Shown in pieces: positions 1-6,056 of a DNA stretch of 16,878 bases. The position numbers were made by a program, and so were the translations under genes. Origin of the DNA: a virus; IMG/VR virus record IMGVR_UViG_3300045988_022585; one strand, given 5' to 3'. Each line of letters starts with the position of its first letter. Position 1 is the stretch's first letter. The notes under the pieces were generated by a model that did not search any database, was not told the origin of the DNA, and saw nothing but the letters and a program-made list of their open reading frames with translations.

Positions 1-34
1 GAGGTATATGTACACACGCCTACATAAAAATACT
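1..34. repeat. Left inverted terminal repeat (34 bp), presumed replication origin
   Basis: GAGGTATATGTACACACGCCTACATAAAAATACT is the exact reverse complement of 16845-16878. The match breaks at position 35. Confidence 0.95.
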
Positions 35-208
35 CCCACCCTTACTCACCACCTCACGACACGCGCTTATTAAAGCTCTCAGGGCTACTCTTTTAACTGT
101 CATTCATAGCTTACACATTCTCTCAAATGATTTTCATTACTAGATCATATAAAGTCATTTAAAGCCTAGTCTAACAAAGCCCTTTAAATCATAGCCCAGC
201 AGATCATT

Positions 209-236
209 TTAACTAGACTGAAACGAGAGATATATT
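209..236 (+). promoter_or_regulatory. Candidate weak sigma-A/70-type promoter (P-left1)
   Basis: TTAACT (209-214), a 16-nt spacer, then TATATT (231-236). The -10 element and predicted start are overlapped by the 235-252 palindrome. Confidence 0.3.
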
Positions 237-252
237 GTGAAAATTTTCACAC
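235..252. promoter_or_regulatory. Perfect 16-bp palindrome TGTGAAAATTTTCACA (Rex-box / CRP-FNR-type operator)
   Basis: 236-251 is a perfect palindrome. It fits TGTGAA-N4-TTCACA (Rex operator pattern) and TGTGA-N6-TCACA (CRP pattern). The flanking bases give TTGTGAAAATTTTCACAC. Confidence 0.45.
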
Positions 253-275
253 TAAAGCGTTAAAGAATAACCTTA

Positions 276-295
276 ATTTATGGCATACCATAAAT
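276..295. promoter_or_regulatory. Inverted repeat ATTTATGG-cata-CCATAAAT (operator-like)
   Basis: Perfect 8-bp arms separated by a 4-nt spacer. It lies between the two candidate left-end promoters. Confidence 0.3.
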
Positions 296-324
296 AATTG
301 ATATGATTAAATTTAAAATAACTC

Positions 325-353
325 TTGCAATTACTGTTTAAATGTGGTATTAT
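325..353 (+). promoter_or_regulatory. Candidate early promoter with extended -10
   Basis: TTGCAA (325-330), a 17-nt spacer, TG at 345-346 and then TATTAT (348-353). It lies about 50-70 nt upstream of the first gene. Confidence 0.5.
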
Positions 354-377
354 AATATCAAGGAAAAGGAAACAATA

Positions 378-403
378 CAGAACAGAACAAACCAGAACAG
401 AAC
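378..403 (+). repeat. Direct repeat CAGAACAGAAC x2 in the leader of the first gene
   Basis: 378-388 and 393-403 are identical 11-mers separated by AAAC. Together they amount to four ACAGAAC-like units just before the coding start. Confidence 0.8.
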
Positions 404-421
404 ATGAAAGGAGAACTTAAT

Positions 422-664
422 ATGACTCTCACGAATCTCCGTAAATGGATTCCCATTTATAAGGCAGCTAAAATTCAAATTGACACGGATAAGAAGATGT
501 GCAATAGCTGGATTAAAGCATACGACAATTTTGATAGACTTCTTTGGGGAGCTTTTGAAGGCATTATTAATTTCGCATGGTATGAAGGTTGTGCAGAGGA
601 TTATAAAGTAGTTCTTAGAGCAACCATGCATTATTACAATATGCAATATAAGGAGGGGCTATAA
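422..664 (+). CDS. Hypothetical early protein (80 aa from ATG 422; the track ORF begins at 404)
   Basis: AAAGGAGA (407-414) lies 7 nt upstream of ATG 422, while ATG 404 has no SD. The ORF is in the same frame as track ORF 404..664. Confidence 0.6.
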   Translation: MTLTNLRKWIPIYKAAKIQIDTDKKMCNSWIKAYDNFDRLLWGAFEGIINFAWYEGCAEDYKVVLRATMHYYNMQYKEGL

Positions 665-874
665 ATGCGTTACACCTTCGACAGCATAAACGCTCTTGCA
701 AGAGACGTTTACCCGGATTTCAGAGTTTGCAGTTATAACACGACATGGATGCTTTCAGTCAGAGTTAACGAGTATGGAGGCATCGAACCAATATTTCAAG
801 CCAAAACAGCTAAAGAGATAGCCAACTACCTTTATAGCTTGCAAAAGCTAAGACGTTTGGGCGTCGTTAAATAG
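665..874 (+). CDS. Hypothetical early protein (69 aa)
   Basis: AAGGAGG at 651-657 lies 7 nt upstream of ATG 665. The gene is tightly packed behind the previous stop codon. Confidence 0.65.
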   Translation: MRYTFDSINALARDVYPDFRVCSYNTTWMLSVRVNEYGGIEPIFQAKTAKEIANYLYSLQKLRRLGVVK

Positions 875-893
875 TAGGTTAGGCCCAAAGCGT

Positions 894-919
894 GGAGAAC
901 AGCTTTAAAGCCGTTCTCC
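894..919 (+). terminator. Intergenic hairpin (terminator/attenuator-like, no U tract)
   Basis: GGAGAAC (894-900) pairs with GTTCTCC (913-919). The loop contains the palindrome GCTTTAAAGC (902-911). Confidence 0.3.
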
Positions 920-959
920 GGTCCTGAAAAGGAAAATCAAATTTAAAGGAGAATGAACC

Positions 960-1241
960 ATGAAATTCACACGTACAATCAAATCCACTCGTTATATCTT
1001 CGGAGAGTCTAAGAGAGTTAGTGGAAAAATTGAGGTTCAGGAGGTCGGATCTTTTGTTGGTGCTCCTAATTTGGGAAGTCGCACTCTTGCCAAAGAGAAG
1101 GAAGCTCACGGCGTTCCTAAATCCGCTCTTCTCGTGGCAACAGAAGATGTCATTGAAAAGAGGGCAATGGATTTTGAGACGTTCCTCAAGTATTCCGAAG
1201 TAGTGAGCGACGATGAAGCGGAGGATGGAGTGGAGGGCTAA
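960..1241 (+). CDS. Candidate phi29 p6-like histone-like dsDNA-binding protein (93 aa, acidic C-terminal tail)
   Basis: AAAGGAGA at 944-951 precedes ATG 960. The protein has a basic N-terminus and an acidic tail (SDDEAEDGVEG). By eye, GKIEVQEV..SFVG..L and FETFLKYSEVV resemble remembered phi29 p6 segments (GEVQVEQ..ETFVGNL and VEKFLEVATV). It sits in the early replication module. Confidence 0.45.
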   Translation: MKFTRTIKSTRYIFGESKRVSGKIEVQEVGSFVGAPNLGSRTLAKEKEAHGVPKSALLVATEDVIEKRAMDFETFLKYSEVVSDDEAEDGVEG

Positions 1242-1250
1242 CGCCCTCCC
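1233..1250 (+). terminator. Small hairpin overlapping the stop of the p6-like gene
   Basis: GGAGGGC-TAAC-GCCCTCC forms a 7-bp GC-rich stem. There is no U tract. Confidence 0.25.
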
Positions 1251-1389
1251 TCTGGGACTCAATTTAAAGCGCCACTACGCTAACGCTTTAATCTGTTAAA
1301 GAAGATCACAATTCACCATCGCTTTACATCGCTAAAGTAAGTCAGCCCTAACTTCGCCACTTTAACGAGCTAAAGGAGGTCAAAAATAA

Positions 1390-1812
1390 GTGAACTCAGA
1401 CATTAGCGCCCTGAAAGCACAAATCAGGAACATCGACAAAAACATTTCTGATATCAAGTATGTGTTATCCACTTATTCCGACTATTTTAAATCACATTTT
1501 TCAGAGGGACCCGGGGGTACTAAAAATGACGAGTTTAAAACCCCTCCCTCCCCCTTCCAGCCAGAGACATTCCCCTTAGAAAATCTTTCAGACGATGATA
1601 TTATTTATCGCCTTAAAGCCTCCGATTCGTGGATGTATTTAAAATCCATGTTAGGAATGAATTATCACGAGATGGGTTTATTTAACCTTCTTCCCTGGTT
1701 AGATGGCCTAGTTAAATATGCGTCAGCATTATCTAGTGTAGCAAAGGTATATAAGTCTATGCAAAATGATGTAAAGGAGTATGAAGATTTTTATGGAGAC
1801 TCTTTTGAATAA
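1390..1812 (+). CDS. Hypothetical early protein (140 aa, GTG start)
   Basis: AGGAGG at 1374-1379 lies upstream of GTG 1390. The N-terminus looks like a coiled coil (ISALKAQIRNIDKNISDIK). No family was recognised. Confidence 0.6.
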   Translation: MNSDISALKAQIRNIDKNISDIKYVLSTYSDYFKSHFSEGPGGTKNDEFKTPPSPFQPETFPLENLSDDDIIYRLKASDSWMYLKSMLGMNYHEMGLFNLLPWLDGLVKYASALSSVAKVYKSMQNDVKEYEDFYGDSFE

Positions 1813-1990
1813 TCTTGCATCCCTCGTAACAGCTAAGTCTTTAATGGCTATCTGTCTTACAATCGTTTTTTGCGTGGCAGAGTGTACCGTGGGACTCAGC
1901 TCTGATTTTATGAGCTTGTATGCAATCGTAATAGGCTTTTATTTCGGTCAGAATAGCACAGATACAACCAACTTAATTAGCTACAAATAA
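1781..1990 (+). CDS. Small hydrophobic (about 2 TM) early membrane protein; start at 1781 or 1793
   Basis: There are two hydrophobic stretches (SLMAICLTIVFCVAECTV and LYAIVIGFYF). It overlaps the end of the previous gene. AGGAG at 1775-1779 is awkwardly spaced for both candidate ATG codons. Confidence 0.5.
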   Translation: MKIFMETLLNNLASLVTAKSLMAICLTIVFCVAECTVGLSSDFMSLYAIVIGFYFGQNSTDTTNLISYK

Positions 1991-2001
1991 GGAGATCAAA
2001 T

Positions 2002-2181
2002 ATGTTTACAAAAGAGAAGCAGGAGAGAAGAGCAACGCAACTTACAGACTTCAAGAGCGGCGGATTCATTAGCAACAACATGATTGCGAACACAAATTTG
2101 GGCCTTTACGAAGCCCTCTGTAACATTAACGAAAACCTCTCCCGCATAGCTGATGCTTTAGAAGGGAGAACGAGAGAATGA
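2002..2181 (+). CDS. Hypothetical protein, 59 aa (below the ORF-track cutoff)
   Basis: AAGGAGA at 1989-1995 lies 6 nt upstream of ATG 2002. My manual translation is MFTKEKQERRATQLTDFKSGGFISNNMIANTNLGLYEALCNINENLSRIADALEGRTRE. Its stop overlaps the next gene's start as ATGA at 2178-2181. Confidence 0.6.
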   Translation: MFTKEKQERRATQLTDFKSGGFISNNMIANTNLGLYEALCNINENLSRIADALEGRTRE

Positions 2182-2384
2182 GTATTATCATTTATTACAA
2201 TGAGCAGCCTTTTTATTACAAGGATCTAGGAGAGATTATTTTCTTCTCTTTTAGGCAACCATTTTGCAGTATAATAGGTCGGTCATTATTTTACAGGTTT
2301 ACACCATATTCAGCATTGTATGACGCAGACGTTAAATGTGCGCGCTTACCGGATTCTCAATTCCATGGCGTGATTTACCCGTAA
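2178..2384 (+). CDS. Hypothetical early protein (68 aa)
   Basis: The ATGA overlap with the upstream 59-aa ORF suggests translational coupling. The protein is rich in aromatic residues. No family was recognised. Confidence 0.5.
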   Translation: MSIIIYYNEQPFYYKDLGEIIFFSFRQPFCSIIGRSLFYRFTPYSALYDADVKCARLPDSQFHGVIYP

Positions 2385-2414
2385 ACTATAAGTGGAACGA
2401 AGTGAAGTTTAGAA

Positions 2415-2657
2415 ATGAACGAGATTTTTTACGACAGATTCAAAGAATTAAGGGATAACAGAGGATGCCTTTTAGTTCACATTTCAGATGGTATCGCTAA
2501 AACACTGGTTATTATGTATCCTGCCGGTTATCATACAGTGGAGTGCATTCAGTTTATCACAAGATATACAAAGTTATCTCACCAAACAGCATATACTTTA
2601 ATTGACACCGTATGGAGAAATTATTTAAAGCGGTTGGAGGTTAGACTGAATTGGTAA
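2415..2657 (+). CDS. Hypothetical early protein (80 aa)
   Basis: ORF with a weak purine-rich upstream stretch (GAAGTGAAG). A helix-turn-helix-like segment (LSHQTAYTLIDTVWRNY) is only suggestive. Confidence 0.45.
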   Translation: MNEIFYDRFKELRDNRGCLLVHISDGIAKTLVIMYPAGYHTVECIQFITRYTKLSHQTAYTLIDTVWRNYLKRLEVRLNW

Positions 2658-2902
2658 GAAGAGATAGCCTAGTTATTAGGAATTTAATGGTTTATGAATA
2701 TAAATTCTTAAATCCAGAAACCAATGAAGAGTTCATTATTACAGATTGTGAAGAACTTACTCTTAAACAAGCAACTAAAATGGCGCATGAAAAAGGACTA
2801 CTGTTTATAGTATGTACTACAAGAACTGAGCGTAGAGTAATGAGCAAAAAGTTTTTCTTTGATAATTCCAGCGTTTCAAACGCAGGAAAGTATTACAAGT
2901 GA
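2651..2902 (+). CDS. Hypothetical early protein (83 aa from TTG 2651; alternative ATG 2687)
   Basis: GGAGG at 2635-2639 lies 11 nt upstream of TTG 2651. ATG 2687 has only AGGA upstream, so the start is uncertain. Confidence 0.45.
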   Translation: MVRRDSLVIRNLMVYEYKFLNPETNEEFIITDCEELTLKQATKMAHEKGLLFIVCTTRTERRVMSKKFFFDNSSVSNAGKYYK

Positions 2903-2953
2903 ATAACCGTCTAGGGTATTCAAATATAACTTATTTTAAAGGAGTAAAGAACA

Positions 2954-3376
2954 ATGGAAAACGCTATGACTACTACCAATGACAAGATGCTGGACTTCAA
3001 CGCATTCAACAGAGAGACTAATCAGTTCGTTTCCTTCCGCGCCGAAGATATGAAGAGTAAGGTCAGACTGTTCAACGCCATGAATCAGCCGAAGTACAAA
3101 GTCAGCGACATGATTAACAAGAAGATCAAGCTCAAAGACGTTATTCTGATGAACGTCACAATGGAGGGTGAAGATGGCGAACAAGACACCGGAATTCGTT
3201 CCGTTCTGATTGATGCTGATGGAAATGCCTACAATGCGACCTCTAACGGCATCTTCTCCAGTCTCACGAATCTGTATATGATCTTCGGCACTCTCCACTT
3301 CGAGGACCCGCTGGAAATTCTGATTTCTCAGATTCCCACTAAGAGAGGTTCTACTCTCTCTATCACTCTTCCCTAA
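2954..3376 (+). CDS. Candidate single-stranded DNA-binding protein (140 aa)
   Basis: AAAGGAG at 2938-2944 precedes ATG 2954. The gene lies directly upstream of the TP and polymerase genes, as gene 5 does in the phi29 early operon. The sequence is beta-rich and OB-fold-like (KLKDVILMNVTMEGEDGEQDTGIRSVLIDADGNAYNATSNG). The call rests mainly on position. Confidence 0.35.
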   Translation: MENAMTTTNDKMLDFNAFNRETNQFVSFRAEDMKSKVRLFNAMNQPKYKVSDMINKKIKLKDVILMNVTMEGEDGEQDTGIRSVLIDADGNAYNATSNGIFSSLTNLYMIFGTLHFEDPLEILISQIPTKRGSTLSITLP

Positions 3377-3401
3377 CTAACCATCTTCCCATTCTCTAAT
3401 A

Positions 3402-3432
3402 GAGAGCCGCCTTAAATTCTAAGGCGGCTCTC
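3402..3432 (+). terminator. Perfect 13-bp stem hairpin after the SSB-like gene (terminator/RNA stabiliser, no U tract)
   Basis: GAGAGCCGCCTTA (3402-3414) pairs perfectly with TAAGGCGGCTCTC (3420-3432) across the loop AATTC. Confidence 0.45.
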
Positions 3433-3449
3433 ACAATAGGAGTGATATA

Positions 3450-4211
3450 ATGGCAAAATCTAAAAGAGGCGGACCGCCTAAAGGATGGAAACAGGCTGAG
3501 TACAACCTATTTAAGCGTCAAGTAGCGAACTACAATAAGCGAGTTAGAGCATTAAGAAAAAGGACAAGGCCAGAGCTGTTAAAATTTGCGCCAGAACCAA
3601 CGACAGTAAAAGGGCTGTTAGCAAGCCAGGGGAAAAGAGAAGCTAAGAGAACAGCTAAAGCATTAGAGCAGTTCAGAGAATCGGGTTTGAAATGGACAAT
3701 GTATCAAGGACAGCCCATGCTTAAAGCTCAGAAAGCAATTATAGAACGCAATCTAGAACGTGAAAATAAGCGGCGTAGGCAATTAGCAAAGAAGGTTAAA
3801 GAAGCACAAGCTCAAACAGGACGTTTACCAACTCAGATAGATCAAGATTTGAGAGAGGAACAATTTGAGCAGTTGACTCCGCGAAGATTAGCAGATTTAA
3901 TGAGGTTAGACTATACACCAGTTATAGATAGAAGAACAATAAATTGGAATACAAACTATATTTCACAACTAGAGGAAAACCTTCAATTCATGGAATTAAC
4001 TGGAGCCGGAACAGAAGAAGCTATGCAAATGGTAAGAGAGATTGAGCAGATGGCAACAACGATAACACCAGAAGAGTTTTATCTTGTTCAACGCTCTGTT
4101 CCTGAGATAGCTATTACAAACATTTCTGACGTTCCATATTTTATGAACAATATCGCATCTGTTCATAGAAGATGGTTACAGTTCTATGAGTCAAGAGGTT
4201 ATAGACTATAA
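3450..4211 (+). CDS. Terminal protein (protein primer for DNA replication), 253 aa
   Basis: AGGAG at 3437-3441 precedes ATG 3450. The protein is highly basic and lies immediately upstream of PolB, as phi29 gene 3 does. By eye, N-terminal KQAEYNLFKR resembles phi29 DKAEYARLVK. C-terminal ITPEEFYLVQRSVPEIAITNISD resembles phi29 IPPDDFYELFLRISEISFEEFDS. The candidate priming Ser is codon 226 (TCT, 4125-4127). Confidence 0.75.
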   Translation: MAKSKRGGPPKGWKQAEYNLFKRQVANYNKRVRALRKRTRPELLKFAPEPTTVKGLLASQGKREAKRTAKALEQFRESGLKWTMYQGQPMLKAQKAIIERNLERENKRRRQLAKKVKEAQAQTGRLPTQIDQDLREEQFEQLTPRRLADLMRLDYTPVIDRRTINWNTNYISQLEENLQFMELTGAGTEEAMQMVREIEQMATTITPEEFYLVQRSVPEIAITNISDVPYFMNNIASVHRRWLQFYESRGYRL

Positions 4212-5875
4212 TTGCTTGCGACTTTGAGACAATCGTTAACGACGAGCGTACAAGAGTCTGGGCATGGTGTGGAGTACAAGTAGAGAGTGAAAAGATTGAA
4301 TACGGGACGAAAATAGAAGACTGGCTAACATACGCATTTAGTTATGGAGAAGTTTGCTACTTTCACAACTTGAAATTCGATGGTTCTTTTATAGTAGATT
4401 TTCTATTTAGATTAGGCTATGAATGGAGTTCAAAAAGAAGGCTTGATGAAAAGACATTCACAACTCTTATCTCTGATATGGGAATGTGGTATACTATCAA
4501 GATCAGAGGCGAAGATGGGCCAGGAGGATTGAAACGAGAAGTTACAATATATGATAGTTTAAAGATCATTCCAATGCCAATCTCTCAAATGCCTAAAACG
4601 TTTGATATTGGATTAGAGAAACTAGACCTAGATTATGAAGGAGACAGAGAAGAAGGCCACGAATTAACAGACCATGAAAAGCTCTATATTAGAAATGATA
4701 CATTGATTTTGGCACGGGCTTTAAAATTCATGCGCGAGCACAACATGAAGAAGCTAACAACAGCTTCAAATGCTATGAACGATTTTAAAACCCGTTTAGG
4801 AAAAGCAGAATTTGATAGACTGTTTCCTCCGTTAGATGCAATAACTGATAGAGATATTAGAATGAGTTATAAAGGCGGTTTTACATATCTCAATCCTGTT
4901 TACAAGAATAAGCCTATTGGCAGGGGACAAGTTTATGATGTTAATTCAATGTATCCATGGGCAATGAAGTTTTGTAAACTCCCTTACGGAGAGCCTGTTT
5001 ATTTCACTGGGCAATACGAAGAGGATGAAGGTTATCCATTATACGTTCAATCCCTCGTATGTGATTTCAAATTAAAACCCGGTTGTGTACCATCAATTCA
5101 GATCAAGAATAATTTTCATTATTCAGAAACAGAATACCTAAGAGAGTCAGAAGTAGAAACCGTATTAACTTTAACAAGTGTAGACCTAAAGTTGTTTTTC
5201 GATAACTATGATGTGACCGTATATTCATGGGAAGGTGGATATAAATTTAAAGGTATGGTTGGTATGTTCGCTGACTATATCGACTATTGGTATGAACAGA
5301 AGAACGAAGGAAAGAGAACAGGAAATAAAGGTTTAACTCAGATTGCTAAGTTGATGCTTAACTCACTGTACGGGAAATTCGGTGCATCTCTTACAGGAAG
5401 ATCAAAGATTCCACAGTTTGACAGAGATCAGGATAAGGTAACATATTACTATGGAGCAGAAGAGAGCAGAACAGCCTATTATGTGCCAGTGGCATCCTTT
5501 ATAACGTCTTATGCGCGTGATAAAATCATTCGTGCGGCTCAGCAGTTGGGTGAAAGATTTATTTACGCTGACACAGACTCACTTCACGTTAAAGGAACAG
5601 AACCGGCAGATATTGATATTGACGAATACAGATTAGGAGCGTTCAAGATTGAAGAAGAATTTGACCATGCTGTTTTCATTCGTCAAAAGACTTATATGGA
5701 AAGCATAAATGGAAAGAATGACGTAAAGTGCGCAGGAATGCCTAAGAATATCAAAGAAACAGTTACATTTGATAACTTCAAAGAAGGCGCTACTTTTGAA
5801 GGCAAGTTAATGCCTAGAATAATACCAGGTGGGACAATCCTGCGAGAAACAACGTTTAAAATCAAGTCAAAATAA
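4208..5875 (+). CDS. Protein-primed family-B DNA polymerase (phi29 gp2-like); N-terminus extends upstream of the track ORF and the start codon is non-canonical or unresolved
   Basis: The frame stays open back to TAG at 4202-4204 and encodes T-I-I-A-CDFET (ExoI). Other motifs are YFHNLKFDGSF (ExoII), YIRNDTLILARAL (ExoIII), DVNSMYP (motif A), KLMLNSLYGKFG (motif B), YADTDSLH (motif C) and RQKTY / VKCAGMP. All of these closely match phi29 polymerase. Confidence 0.95.
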   Translation: MIACDFETIVNDERTRVWAWCGVQVESEKIEYGTKIEDWLTYAFSYGEVCYFHNLKFDGSFIVDFLFRLGYEWSSKRRLDEKTFTTLISDMGMWYTIKIRGEDGPGGLKREVTIYDSLKIIPMPISQMPKTFDIGLEKLDLDYEGDREEGHELTDHEKLYIRNDTLILARALKFMREHNMKKLTTASNAMNDFKTRLGKAEFDRLFPPLDAITDRDIRMSYKGGFTYLNPVYKNKPIGRGQVYDVNSMYPWAMKFCKLPYGEPVYFTGQYEEDEGYPLYVQSLVCDFKLKPGCVPSIQIKNNFHYSETEYLRESEVETVLTLTSVDLKLFFDNYDVTVYSWEGGYKFKGMVGMFADYIDYWYEQKNEGKRTGNKGLTQIAKLMLNSLYGKFGASLTGRSKIPQFDRDQDKVTYYYGAEESRTAYYVPVASFITSYARDKIIRAAQQLGERFIYADTDSLHVKGTEPADIDIDEYRLGAFKIEEEFDHAVFIRQKTYMESINGKNDVKCAGMPKNIKETVTFDNFKEGATFEGKLMPRIIPGGTILRETTFKIKSK

Positions 5876-5900
5876 TTGTCGAGCCGATTGGAAAACGAAC

Positions 5901-5929
5901 TTGACAAGTGTTGAAAGAAGGTGTACAAT
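5901..5929 (+). promoter_or_regulatory. Near-consensus sigma-A/70 promoter (probable late promoter)
   Basis: TTGACA (5901-5906), an exact 17-nt spacer, then TACAAT (5924-5929). It sits in the polymerase-ATPase intergenic gap. Confidence 0.7.
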
Positions 5930-5935
5930 AGTAGT

Positions 5936-6046
5936 GGGGCAGTATATGGTTTTCGTTTCCACGATTCGGGAGTACAACGGCGAAGAGTCGGCCTGGATGT
6001 GACTGGGGTTTGTATCCTGTGACGCTACAACTGTATATATGCCCCG
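5936..6046 (+). ncRNA. Candidate structured RNA (pRNA-like packaging RNA or regulatory leader)
   Basis: About 100 nt downstream of the promoter have no ORF and no SD and look more GC-rich than the flanks. GGGGCA(G)TATAT (5936-5947) pairs with ATATATGCCCC (6035-6045) as a closing helix of 6+5 bp with one bulged G. Internal hairpin candidates lie at 5979-5993 and 5995-6017. The region is immediately upstream of the packaging ATPase. Confidence 0.35.
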
Positions 6047-6056
6047 CTCTAATATT

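Noticed and set aside
350-1262. Minus-strand ORFs 350..646 and 879..1262
   Set aside because: They overlap SD-preceded + strand genes and run across intergenic hairpins and promoters. They have no RBS and low-complexity hydrophobic translations.
3443-3451. TGATATAAT extended -10-like element before the TP gene
   Set aside because: The hexamer overlaps the TP start codon (ATG 3450), so transcription from it would begin inside the coding sequence. There is also no -35 element. It is probably a coincidence of the AT-rich SD-start spacer.
4194-4211. Programmed -1 frameshift fusing the terminal protein to the polymerase
   Set aside because: The polymerase frame is the -1 frame of TP. However, the only window where both frames are open is 4205-4208 (AGA CTA TAA), and it has no X XXY YYZ slippery heptamer. 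CUA cannot re-pair on ACU. Non-canonical initiation, reinitiation or an indel is more plausible.
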